This document shows positions 12,952 through 25,866 of a stretch of DNA of 64,000 nucleotides, piece by piece (position 1 is the stretch's first letter; each line of letters begins with the position of its first letter). Origin of the DNA: Octopus vulgaris (lineage: Eukaryota); NCBI GenBank assembly GCA_951406725.2, contig OX597815.1, forward strand, positions 25,916,001-25,980,000. The letters run 5' to 3'. The notes beneath the pieces were generated by a model. The model did not search any database. It was not told the DNA's origin and saw only the letters and a list, made by a program, of their open reading frames with translations. The position numbers and the translations under genes were made by a program.

Positions 12952-14781
12952 ATCGATACACACACTTATCTTCAAACGTTGAAAAATCCATGTAGTCTGA
13001 AAAATTTCACAGTATTTATATTTGAATAAAGGCAGGAAAGGCTTTATCTCGCATTATCTCAAAGCTACGAGAATTCAATAACGTGATTTGTTTATTTGTT
13101 TAGCGATTTCGCAGAGGAGTCGAATACGGCCAGATGTGGCCGGTTCAAACAAATAAAGGGGAAATAATTTCGGCTTATTTTGGTCGGACTGAATTCTAAA
13201 GATTCATAATCATAAGGTCGCGTGTTCAATTCCTAGACCAGGTGTTGTATCTTGAGCAAGGCACTTCACTAGTGTTACTCTAATCTACTCAGCTGTAATG
13301 AGTACATGTCCAGTGTTTGTATGAGCACTTCTCCTTCCAGTTATCATAACTTGGGTGTTCTGCTGGGTTAGAAGTGCAGAAATCAAATGGGTGTCTATTT
13401 TCACGACTACATAGGCACCTTAAACAATAATTGTTTCCAAGCTATACTCGTTTGTGGATGACAGCTATCTCTGCTGTGCTGTTTTTAACACCACCACTTG
13501 ACCCAGCCCCTCTGGGTACCATTAGCGGAATCAGCTCTGCTATAGGCATTTAAGCTTGGCCTCTTCTCTCGGAATAACTTCTCCCATCCCTACCACAGAG
13601 TTGGAGGCCATTAAAAACAGGAAATGTAGGTTGTCCTTCATCCCCTGACAAACCCATAAATAAAAGAACACTCTTGAAAGTTTAACTGCTATTTTGTATG
13701 GGAAATGAAAGTGAGGTGAGCGTTCAAAACATTAACCTCAGGATTTGTAATAGAACAATGCATTTGACTGATCGGCCACTTACTGGAATGTAGCTTTAGT
13801 TTGCAGAAGAAATTAGATACTGTTCCAGATGAAGTAATGTTGTTCGATGTTGTTAGTAAAGTAACAATTCAATTGGTAAGTCGATGAGATGTGAGACAGA
13901 TTGACTGTTCACAGATCAATATAGTAATGTGGTTAGCGTCCTGAAATGGTACACAGTTGCCTCGCTTGACCAATGCGCTCTTTGTTGACATAATGTTAGT
14001 TTTTCTCCAATGACTAATTAGAAATTAACTGATGTGACACTCTTTGGCAGCGTCAAAGACACCTGCCAACCGTGGTGGGTGGAAGAGGTAGTGGGAAGAG
14101 GTAGAATGAAGCGAGAGTGGTTATAGTAAAAATAGGGAGGGAGGGAAGGCGGGGGAATAGGTAGGGGGTGGCAAAGATAAAGAGAAAAAACCACAGAAAA
14201 GCAGTAGGAAGTAAAATGACTAAAAGTCATACACGGCACTGCAATTACAAATGAGAAAGTGAGAAGGGAGAGAGAGGGGGAGAGAGGAAAAGTGAGAGAG
14301 AAAAAGAATGAGAAAGAGTGTGAGTAGGGGAAGCTGAGATTTGTTTGCGTGAATGAAGCCATCAACGGTGGCTAAGGACACCGTTGTTTAATGAATGGAC
14401 TCTATTGATGTAGCAAGCGGACCAAACTGTACGACTGTCTACCGTGTATTCACTGCTCTGTCTTTGTAAGTGATTAGTCATTTGGTTACAAACTGTAGTT
14501 GATAGCAAACTAATGCAGAACTAATAGAAATTTTGTTCAACGTAGCTAGGCAAAGTGAGGAGTTGGACGGAGGCAAGCGGGGACACGATGGTAATAGTGG
14601 TGATGGTGGTGGTGGTGGAAAAGAAACGAAACGGTGAAAGTGGTGGAACGAATAGACGAATAAGATAATACCTGTGACTGTAAGGCAAATGTAACATAAT
14701 TAAATAAGTAAATGAAAATAAAACATCATTGTGCAATAAGATTTAATTCCTTATTTTCCCATCTCTTATTTGATAAGCAAA

Positions 14782-15150
14782 TTCTTTTCTACTCGCGGCA
14801 CAAGGCCCGAAATTTTGGGGGAGGGGGCCAGTACTTAATTTATTGACCCCGAAAGGATGAAAGGCAAAGTCGATCTCGGCGGAATTTGAACTGAGAACGT
14901 AAAGACAGAGGATATACCTATTTCTTTACTACCCACAAGGGGCTATACATAGAGTGGGCAAACAAGGACACAAAAGGTTTAAATCGATTATATCGACCCC
15001 AGTGCGTAACTGGCACTTAATTTAATTGACCCCGAATGGATGAAAGGCAAAGTCAACCTCGGCGGAATTTGAACTCGGTACGTAGCGGCAGACGAAATAC
15101 TGCTAAGCAGTTCGCCTGGCGTGCTAACGCTCCTGCCAGCTCGCCGCCTT
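14782..15150 (-). mobile_element. SINE family A, full copy plus partial copy
   Basis: Reverse complement of the 3311-3710 arrangement. Confidence 0.9.
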
Positions 15151-15667
15151 ATTTAAAATGCAACTTGCGAATCGATTCAGTCGTTAGGGAGTCGGACTAA
15201 ATGCTGTGCGGTATATGTTGTAGATCGCTGTGTTCTGAGTTCAAATACCACCAAAGTCACATTTATCTCTCATCCCTATCAGGATCGATAGATAAGATAT
15301 CAGTCAAGTACTAAAGTCAATTCTTCTTCATCTCTCCCAACCTTTGTCCTGGTGTTGTGTACATTGAACGGAATCAGACACATCAGCCCTTTCTCCGTGT
15401 TAAGTGTTAAGTGAGTGAGTTCGCAGCCACTTCTCATACAAAAATTAAAATTTTACTGGAACCATCGAAGAACGGTTCATTCCGTGACAGTAAAAAAGTA
15501 AAGAAGTTTTAATGTATAAATAATTAAAAGAAATTTAGAGTAATTTATCGAAAGTTTTCATGTCATACTCTTATATTCTTTTACTTCTTTGAGTCATTTG
15601 AGTCATTTGACTGGAGCACCGATGATTTTCTTTTTTTCTCTTTCTTTTTTTTTTTTTATAAATACTG

Positions 15668-15810
15668 GGTGTGTGTTTAAGAAGCTTGCTTTGCAGTCCT
15701 GTGGTTTCGGGTTCAGTTCCACTACGCGGCCAAGTGTCTCCTACTATAGCGAAGGGACGACAAAGGTTTTGGCAGCGAATTTGGTAGACGGAAACTATGT
15801 GGAAGCGTGT

Positions 15811-15845
<35 letters not shown>

Positions 15846-16342
15846 AAATAAGCAACAAGAATGACTCCGGTAATTTGGTACAATTGTTTCGCACTACATC
15901 ATTTTATTAAAAGTTGTAAGTAACTTTTAATAAAATGATGTAGTGTGAAACAATTGTACCAAATTACCGGAGTCATTCTTGTTTATTTTGATTATAATCA
16001 CCCCGAAAATTTTTTATGGATAACACCATACAAAATTCTGGTGCATCTAAATTAAGTACCATATTCATTCGAATCTAAATTTTTGCTGAACTTATATATA
16101 TATATATATATTGAAGCAAATGTGTTTGTATGTGGTTTTTTGGTGTCTGTATACTCTCTGCACCGTTTGACAACCAGTATTGGTTTGTTTACGTCCCCGT
16201 AACTTCACGGTTTGGCAAAAAACATCAATAGCATAAATTATAATAAAAATTTATACTGGTGTCGTTTTGTTTGACTAAACCCTTCAAGGCCTTGCTTCGG
16301 CATGGCCGCAGTTGAATGACTGAAACAAATAACATATAAAAG
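15668..16342 (+). mobile_element. SINE family B split by an insertion in its internal (TA)n
   Basis: 5' half 15668-15810, 3' half ~16120-16342, foldback element between them. Confidence 0.75.
15842..16093 (+). mobile_element. (TA)n-flanked foldback element (~72-bp arms, 6-nt loop) carrying the 3' half of a hammerhead
   Basis: 15842-15915 is the reverse complement of 15922-15992; GAAA-CAATTG-TA at 15947-15958. Confidence 0.75.
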
Positions 16343-16959
16343 GTACTCGATCAGTGTATTTCTAGAGAAAGGAATATAGTTTCACATTTAGATTCATTCG
16401 AATATTACAGGTTTAGATTTAAACCACAATGAAATAATGTATACTAGCTTCGTTTCTACTTTTCTCTGTAGTTTCAAAAAATTAAAATTAAGAATAAAGT
16501 CAATATTCAAAGTGGGTGTGTACAACTAATCAATAATATATTGCTGAAAATTAAACTATTGATTGTGACCGGAGAAATTAAAATGATAGGAGTTGATGCC
16601 ATTGTGATTAGAACCTAGGACGAGACTGACAGTCTTTTCTTTATTAAACCACGCAAACGGTAATTAATAGCAAGTTAAAAATAACCGACAGTTCAATTTT
16701 GGTATGAATTTTATCAATGAATTAATTATAACAGAAACCGTGTTTCTTATGCATGTGCGATAGTTTTGCTTTTAATGTAAGGAAAGACAAGAAATGTTCT
16801 GTGCTTGAAGTGTTGTGGCAGTATTACTGACATATGGAAAACAACTTCAAGGGCGAGTTGAAACGGGCTTTGATTTACTGTTAGGTGACCCTGTATATAT
16901 ATATGTGTGCGTGTGTGTGTGTATGTGTGTGTGTGCGCGCGCGCGCGCGTGTGTATAAA

Positions 16960-17158
16960 GTCAGGACGCCATGATAGATCGTTAGCTCCTACACGCATTT
17001 TTTTCTCTCCTTGTTTTTTTCTGTGTATCTTTCTGTCGAAGAGCGTAAGCTCGAAACGTAAAAGACTTTTTCTATTTCTATTCCTGAGCGCTATACTAAT
17101 ACATTCGTTTGTTTGTACTCCACCTGCCTTCGTCTTTTGTTTATTTTCGTAAACTTTC

Positions 17159-17162
<4 letters not shown>
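16960..17162 (+). mobile_element. (TA)n-ending non-autonomous element related to family A
   Basis: Hammerhead followed by TTCCTGAGCG and a T-rich tail, as in family A. Confidence 0.7.
17028..17065 (+). ncRNA. Minimal type-I hammerhead ribozyme, core variant CUGUCGA
   Basis: TCTTT-CTGTCGA-A-GAGC.GTAA.GCTC-GAAA-CG-TA-AAAGA: 5-bp stem I, stem II capped by a GNRA loop, palindromic ACGT, GUA cleavage triplet. Confidence 0.7.
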
Positions 17163-17197
<35 letters not shown>

Positions 17198-17200
<3 letters not shown>

Positions 17201-17530
17201 TTAAATAGGGTAGAAATTGATGTTAATCAATTAAAACCAGTGGCTAGCATATTTAAAAAAATCCGAAGATTAAAATTTTTTTCCATACAAAATTTAGATG
17301 GATTGACCACTAAAAGTGGACATCCTGTATGCTGATTTTTTTCTTGAGAACACATTTTCCGTGGAAAATGGCGATTTTGACGTCTATATCTAGCATACAG
17401 GCTGTCCACTTTTAGTGGTCAATCCTCTAAATTTTGTATGTAAAAAAAATTTTAATCTTCGGATTTTTTAAAATATGCTAAGGCCACTGGTTTTAATTGA
17501 TTAATATCAATTTCTACCCTTATTTAATCT
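17198..17530. repeat. (TA)n-flanked long inverted repeat (~135-bp arms, 58-bp spacer)
   Basis: 17198-17333 pairs with 17392-17530 with few mismatches. Confidence 0.9.
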
Positions 17531-17819
17531 TATATATATATATATATATATATATACACGAACACACGCACACACACACACAAACACACACACACACAGG
17601 GTCACCTGACAGTAAATCAAACCCCGTTTAATTCCAAGATTGAAACAAAAAATTTTTTTATATGCGACTTCGCAAATAAATAGACAAATGTTGAAAAAAA
17701 AAAAAAACGATGATTGTAACGTACGGCATTCAATTATTAAACATTCATAATTGAAATGAATAATGAAATTGAATATTAAATATTTACAGAATTTCATTTA
17801 TTGTCGGGTGATATATATA

Positions 17820-19052
17820 CAGGGTGCGTAAGATATTTGGGGACAGATTTATGATTAGAAAAAAAACCCAGATAAATAATAACAACTAATAACTTAATCA
17901 AAAAAAAAACTATGAGTATAAAAATAAACCTTTTCTATAACATTGTTCAACAAAACCACCTTCAGCTTCAACAACCGCTTCTATAAGAACTGCATCTAAA
18001 TACTCGAATCAAGTGGTCCTGGTTGATTTTGGACACTACTCTGACTATGGCAGCTTTCAAAAACTCTTTGGTGTTATGGGTGAGTTTCTTGACCTCTCCC
18101 TGAAAAATGCTCCACTTATAATAGTCCAATAGATTCAGATCTGAGGAATTAGGAGGCCAAATGTTCGAGGTTATGAGATCATGGAAATTTTCAGCCATCT
18201 ATCCATTCCTGTGTTACTAGAGCCAAGTGTGATAGTGCAGAATCTAACTGAAACACATATGGTCTTCCATTGCTTACACTGTCTATCCAGAGCTTAACAA
18301 ATATTTCCAAGACCTCAATGTAGGCGGCAGAGTTAACTCTAAGGCCTTGTGGAAAGAAGTCAAGAGACATCACATATCCTTCATTGCTGACAGCCCCTAA
18401 AACCATGAGAATTGCAGCAAATTTTGTATGCATAACACTTGGAACTTTAGAAGGGTATGCACATAACCATCTGTCATTTCTTCTGTTAACTTTTTGATCT
18501 TGGTCGAAGTTTTTCTCGTTTGAGAGAAACCAAATCAAATCTGCTGGAAGATTTGTTTAAGAGCCTTTCAGATCTGATATGGTGATTTTCTTTCGCTTTT
18601 TTTTCTTCTGACAAATTGACCTTTCCTCATCATATGAGACATGACAACATTTCTGACTGTTCCTTCTGAAACACGATCTTTTGCAATTGACCTCATGGAT
18701 TCTGGGATTGAATCAATGGTCCGTTGAACTTGCTGGATAAATTCAAGTGTTCTGATGATTTCAGAGCGTTTAGAATGCTTTTTCTGCTTTGATACTGGTG
18801 ATACGTTTCCATCTTCAGTCTCTAGCTCCTTACAAACTTTGTAGACGAAAGACCTGGCAACTTTTAAAAATCTAGATATTTCTAAATCGCTATGCTCAGT
18901 TTTTACAACCACAATAACAGCATGCCTCTTTATTTCTTGAGTAAGCTGAAGGTCTACCATTATTATTTTCTGAAATAAAGATTATACAGAGTGAGCAAAA
19001 AATTCTGCAGTGACCCAGAAAAGGTATGTTGTCTAATACCTTGCTCACTCTG
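17820..19052 (-). mobile_element. Tc1/mariner DD37D (maT-type) transposon with frameshifted transposase
   Basis: ORF pieces 18568-18960 (HTH), 18191-18538 (SNEKNF..FQLDSALSH), 17968-18198 (WPPNSSDLNLLDY); 37 residues between 2nd and 3rd D after correcting the frameshift; degenerate TA-flanked TIRs CAGGGTGCGTAAGATATT / AATACCTTGCTCACTCTG. Confidence 0.9.
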
Positions 19053-19099
19053 TAATATGGATAAATTACTATTTAATGCTTATTTAATATTTATTACAC

Positions 19100-19259
19100 A
19101 TGCTTGGCTATATAGTTAAGATGCTTGCTTTGCAATCACATGGTTTCAGGTTCAGTCGCACTGCATAGCATCTTGGGCAGGTGTCTTATGCTATATTTCC
19201 GGGTCGACCAATGCTTTGTGAGTGAATTTGGTTTATGGAAACTATGTCGAAGCCCGTCG

Positions 19260-19298
<39 letters not shown>

Positions 19299-19445
19299 AT
19301 TTATGCATGTGTGTGTTTGAGCGTGTGTGATGTTTATGTGTGTTTGTGTGCAACTAGGTATCTGTTTTTCCCTTCACCGATTACAACCGGTGTTGGTTTA
19401 TTTACGTCTCTGTAACTTAGTTGTTCGGCAAAGAAGATCGATAGA
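19100..19445 (+). mobile_element. SINE family B copy
   Basis: Head, CTTGGGCAGGTGTCTT core, internal microsatellite, partial 3' half. Confidence 0.75.
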
Positions 19446-20341
19446 AAAACTACATGCATATACAAATACGAACATACACACACACACGCCCACACACACA
19501 CACACACGACAGGCTCCTTCCAGTTTTCGTCTACCAATCGACATGCAAGGCTTTGGTCAGCTAGAGTTTATAGACAGGAATCTCTATTCTATTATCACCA
19601 AAAGTTCTAAATCCAAAATGGCGCTGAATCTCGCAGTTCGATCGGTTGACGCGAGTGAAGCGAGTCACACACAAAGGGGGCTAAGTTACGCGAGAAAAAG
19701 AAAAGAAGCTTTATCTATTCATGTGAGTGTGAGACACCTTTACTTCTGTCGAATTTCCAAATAGGGCTATAAATTCAAGCACTTTGCAACACAAAGGCCT
19801 CCAATGCAGGAATATACTTCAAAAGCCAGCAGTTTAAATTTATTCGTATGGGCGGAATGATTAAGTAATTCGCTTTGCAATCATGTAATTCAGAGTCCAA
19901 TCACACGGCGAGACATTTGGGCATTTACCTTTTTGTTATAGCATCTTGTTGACTAAAGTTTTGTTTAGAGACCCGTTGTATATATTGTACATATAATTGT
20001 CCAGCTGTATCTCATACCGAGTTGGAAATCTCAGCTACGGATATAGTAATTCAACGCTGAGACCATTTCGTTGTTTGAACAAATAGAACAAGCGATGTCG
20101 AAGTCCTGGGCGATCCATTTATAGATACTGTCCATTGCGAATATACGTATATTCCTGACCTACACTTAGATGCAACATGTTACGTCTCTGTAAAATTGGT
20201 ATTCTTAAATATAAGCAAATGTATGCACACGTTCAAGGTATCATGTATACATGCATACATACACACATTTACACATATGCAAACACACATACACACACAC
20301 ACGCACACACTCTCTCATACACACCCATATATATATATGGG

Positions 20342-20482
<141 letters not shown>

Positions 20483-21224
20483 CATAAATATAACTAGTTA
20501 TTAATTACATAGAGTAGACATATATATCTTCTCTAAGTCTAGAGATTTTCCCTCTCTATCTCTCTCTCCATACATGTATGCATGTATGTAAATATGTATG
20601 TTTGTGTGTGTGTGTGTGTGTGTGTACCAACGTGTATGAGTGTGTTTGCACGTTGTTTATCTTTATTGGTCAAAGTATTTCAGATTCATCTGATAATATT
20701 AGGAGATAGTTCGATTTGCTCAATCAAAAACTCACATCCGATATAATGCTATTCTCTTCACCGTCTCTAGTGAATTCTTTAAAGCTTACCGTCATCATCA
20801 TCATCATCGTCAACAGCAGCAGCAGCAGCAATGACAACAATAACAACAGCAATAATTACAACATCATCAGCAAATAATGCTACTTAGAAGAGCATAAGGA
20901 AAAAAAAATAGTATCAGTGAAAAAAGAATTAGAAAGCAGAAAAGAAAATCTGACTTGCTGGATGCAAACAAGAGTCCTGTGTTGGTTTGGCTGTGGTGAT
21001 ACTGATGATATATTTGAACACTGAATTATTCTGTTGAGGAGAGCTTGTTGGTTTTGATAGAAGTTTGGTCAACACACTTCAGTTTTGAGCAAGGTGAAAG
21101 AAAAAAATATATACAACAAACTACAATTAAATACAATACAAAATTGGTACAAGAACCATACAACAAAATAATAGCAAAAACAAAATGGTAATGAAAATAA
21201 AGAAAAACACATATGAATAAAACA

Positions 21225-21555
21225 TAATATATAAAAATATACATATAAATCTACAATATATAAAAATATACATATAAATCTACAATATATAAAAATCTAT
21301 ATATGCATCTACAATATATATAAAGCTATATATAAACCTACAATATATAAAAAGGTGTATATAAACCTACAATATATAAAAATCTCTATATGCATCTACA
21401 ATATATAAAAAGCTGTATATAAACCTATAATGTATAAAAATCTATATATATAAACCTGCAATATATAAAAAGCTATATATATATATATAATCCTGCAATA
21501 TATAAAAAGCTATATATGAACCTGCAATATATAAAAAGCTATATATAAATCTACA
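21225..21555. repeat. AT-rich minisatellite, ~29-31-bp unit (ATATATAAAAA(T/G)CTATATATAAA(T/C)CTACA)
   Basis: About 11 diverged tandem units read directly. Confidence 0.85.
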
Positions 21556-21904
21556 CAGCAAAAAGTAAATTAGCTTTGTAGCTCCTCGATTCTTTCAATA
21601 AAAGTGGAAAAGAAGAGAGAATGTCTTCAGACAAAGCAAACAGACATAGAAATGTCGATTCTCAATGTATCTTTGGATTATGGCTTTGTGTGTGTACGCA
21701 TATCTATACGTCAGCGATGGTGCATGTGTGCGTTTGTGTAGATGTGCAGCATGTGCGTGTTGTGTATGTTTGCATGTGCTTCTGATGCATGCTTTCTTGG
21801 GTATAAGTCTGCACGCGTGTATGTGCATGTGTGTATGTACTTGAATATGTATGTGTAATGTGTATTTGCTTGTTTACCCTCGTCTCTACGTGATTGCGTT
21901 TTTG

Positions 21905-22082
21905 TGTATATATGCATGTATGTGCGTATGTATGTATGTATGTATGTATGTATGCATGCATGTATGTATGTATGTATGTATGTATGTATGTATATATGTA
22001 TGTATGTATGTATGCATATATGCATGCATGTATATATGTATGTATGTATGTATGTACGTATGTATATATGTATGTATGTATG

Positions 22083-22114
<32 letters not shown>

Positions 22115-22130
22115 CATGTATGCATGTATG

Positions 22131-22164
<34 letters not shown>

Positions 22165-22210
22165 TGTATGTATGTATGTATGTATGCATGTATGCATGTA
22201 TGTATGTATG

Positions 22211-22272
<62 letters not shown>

Positions 22273-22399
22273 TATGCATGTGCATGCATTAGCGTTGCCT
22301 GCATGTCCGAGAGTATTTGTAACTGTTTGCAGCACTTTCTTTTTTGAATATGTATGTGCATTCATTGCGTATGTATATGCGTGTGTGTTTGTATGAGCT

Positions 22400-22431
<32 letters not shown>

Positions 22432-22615
22432 CGTGTGTGTGTGTTGGTTTATTGCATATGTATATGTATTGAGCAGTTTGTACGTTGGATTGTTACACGA
22501 TTGCATCTGTGTGTTTGCATGTGTATGTTCTACAATTGTTACAATCACTCTTCTTCTTCTTCTTCTTCTTCTTCTTCTTCTTCTTCTTCTTCTTCTTCTT
22601 CTTCTTCTTCTTCAC
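21905..22615. repeat. Microsatellite cluster (TATG)n,(TA)n,(TG)n,(TTC)n
   Basis: Direct reading. Confidence 0.95.
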
Positions 22616-23454
22616 GTCTTCCTCGCCGTCACCACCTTTATCGATATAACTATTCCTTTTTTTTTTTCTTTCTCTGTCTAGTTACTTTACTAGAAAGTTA
22701 CTAGGACAGGATATCTACCCTCCTCCTTGATCGGAACTGCTTTTCTTAGAATTCGTGGGCTGCAAGTAGGAGGGTCAATCTATTGAAAATAAGAGATTTG
22801 CTGCAAACAGGATGCAGCGTGTTTGTCTAGAATGGGAGCGCTCTGCGGGACCAACAAGCGATTTGTTTTGGGAAGCGAGCATCACAGATCCTTGCAAGCT
22901 ATACAGCGCTGACTGTTTGACTGGGAAGCAAACATAGCGCCTGGAGGTGTTAGATGTTTGAGGGCCGCCACTGAGTCAGTCCACTTAACAACGTGTTCAG
23001 ACAAACGCCAGGTCTCGTTAATGCTAGTAGAGAAACGGAAGTGCTACACAAGGTACAATATCCTACAAGAAGTGTGTAGAACGAACAATGGATCTCAAGA
23101 TGCTGGCCGTGGGCAAATGACGTTTAGAATAAGACAAAGGCAAAGAGGTAAAAGAGCGGGGATGGAAAAAAAAAGGGAGCGGATAGCAGTCAATGAGAGA
23201 GTAGTAGTAGCGGGAGGAGGAGGAGGAGATGAACATGAGTGACAGAGAGAGAGAGAGAGAGAGAGATAGTGAGGGGGTGTCAGTGTGATATGGTAAGAAT
23301 ATATAGAAAGTGAAACTACATGAGAAGAGAGCATAACCGGGAAAAAGAGATTTAGTGGTATAAAAATGGGAAAGTGAAAAGGAAGAAAAATATTAACAAA
23401 TGTTGCAGCAAACGGACAACTAACCACCCATTGATGCATACAGATACAGATAAC

Positions 23455-24273
<819 letters not shown>

Positions 24274-24825
24274 AATTCGGCTGGTCTCAAAATATCTGTA
24301 TAAGGAGACGTTTACGAGGAAAGACTTATGTACAGACATACATACACATATTCATGCATGCAGGTAGATATATATATTCTTTTATGTTTCAGTATTTTGA
24401 CTGCGGCCGTGCTGGAGCACCGCCTTTAGTCGAACAAATCAACCTCAGGACTTTTTCTTTGTGAGCCTAGTACTTATCCTATCAGTCTCTTTAGCCGAAC
24501 CGCTAAGTTACGGGGATGTAAACACACCAACATCGGTTGTCAAGCGATGATGTGGGGACAAAAATAGACACACAAACACACACACAAATATATATATATA
24601 TATATACGAATATAAGCAAGAAGGGTAGTAATATTATTTACTACCAGGTGCCCAGCACAAAAGACGAATTAGTCATAAGACAAAAATATTATTCATATAG
24701 AAAAATATTATTCATGTGGTTATACAATTAAGGGCTCCTAAATAAAGATGCCGAGTGCTGGGGACACAAAAAGGGGATGAATTTATCGAGAGTGAAAATC
24801 AAAAACGTTTACCGATAACTTTAAC

Positions 24826-24901
24826 AACTCGTACCGCGGTTTCTGCTTCTTTCTAGCAAAACACAGAATATGTTTGCTAAGGCTGGCTTCATCAGCGAGT
24901 C
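24826..24901 (-). ncRNA. Type-I hammerhead ribozyme, copy 1
   Basis: Minus strand GACTCG-CTGATGA-A-GC..TAGCAAA.CATA.TTC.TGTG.TTTTGCTA..GC-A-GAAA-CCGCGG-TA-CGAGTT; canonical core, palindromic stem III, GUA site. Confidence 0.88.
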
Positions 24902-25270
24902 GCCTGAATTTAATCGAGGTCTGCAGCGATGTGGGGCTATATGTTAAACCCGACTACTAGCAGATCTTAACTTTTCAAATCTCTGCGCAGACGCAAAATT
25001 TACACGGGCATGCCGGGAAGAATTTTACGAATAAATTCATCATGTAGTATGCGAATATAAGCAAGAAGGGTAGTAATATTATTTACTACCAGGTGCCCAG
25101 CACAAAAGACGAATTAGTCATAAGACAAAAATATTATTCATATAGAAAAATATTATTCATGTGGTTATACAATTAAGGGCTCCTAAATAAAGATGCCGAG
25201 TGCTGGGGACACAAAAAGGGGATGAATTTATCGAGAGTGAAAATCAAAAACGTTTACCGATAACTTTAAC

Positions 25271-25346
25271 CACTCGTACCGCGGTTTCTGCTTCTTTCTA
25301 GCAAAACACAGAATATGTTTGCTAAGGCTGGCTTCATCAGCGAGTC
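25271..25346 (-). ncRNA. Type-I hammerhead ribozyme, copy 2
   Basis: Same as copy 1 except one distal stem I base. Confidence 0.88.
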
Positions 25347-25545
25347 GCCTGAATTTAATCGAGGTCTGCAGCGATGTGGGGCTATATGTTAAACCCGACT
25401 ACTAGCAGATCTTAACTTTTCAAATCTCTGCGCAGACGCAAAATTTACACGGGCATGCCGGGAAGAATTTTACGAATAAATTCATCATGTAGTATGCGAA
25501 GTCGGGTTTAACATATAGCCCCACATCGCTGCAGACCTCGATTAA

Positions 25546-25627
<82 letters not shown>

Positions 25628-25781
25628 CATATATTCTTTCAGTTTCCGTCTACCAAATCCACTCACAAGGCTATGGTCGGCCCGAGGCTATAGTAGAAGA
25701 CACTGGCCCAAAGTGCCACACAATGGGACTGAGGCGGAACCATGTGGTTGGTAAGCAAGCTACTTACCACAGAGCCATGCC

Positions 25782-25866
<85 letters not shown>

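Larger units (their letters stand above)
9503..13206 (-). mobile_element. Decayed, near full-length piggyBac DNA transposon
   Basis: Left end TTAA-CCTTTTAGCATTCAG, degenerate inverted right end CTGAATTCTAAAGA-TTCA, internal transposase remnants. Confidence 0.7.
24607..25548 (-). mobile_element. Tandem 2x445-bp hammerhead-bearing element with 49-bp inverted 5' tail (Penelope pLTR/retrozyme-like)
   Basis: Units start at 24607 and 25052 (one difference noticed, 24826 A vs 25271 C); 25500-25548 is the reverse complement of 25352-25400; (TA)n on both sides. Confidence 0.9.
24378..25782 (-). mobile_element. SINE family B split by the 445-bp tandem insertion
   Basis: 3' half at 24378-24590 and 5' half at 25636-25782 are collinear on the minus strand. 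Confidence 0.85.

Noticed and set aside
21225-21555. CRISPR-like periodicity of ~30 bp
   Set aside because: Contiguous tandem units with no unique spacers, in a eukaryotic context
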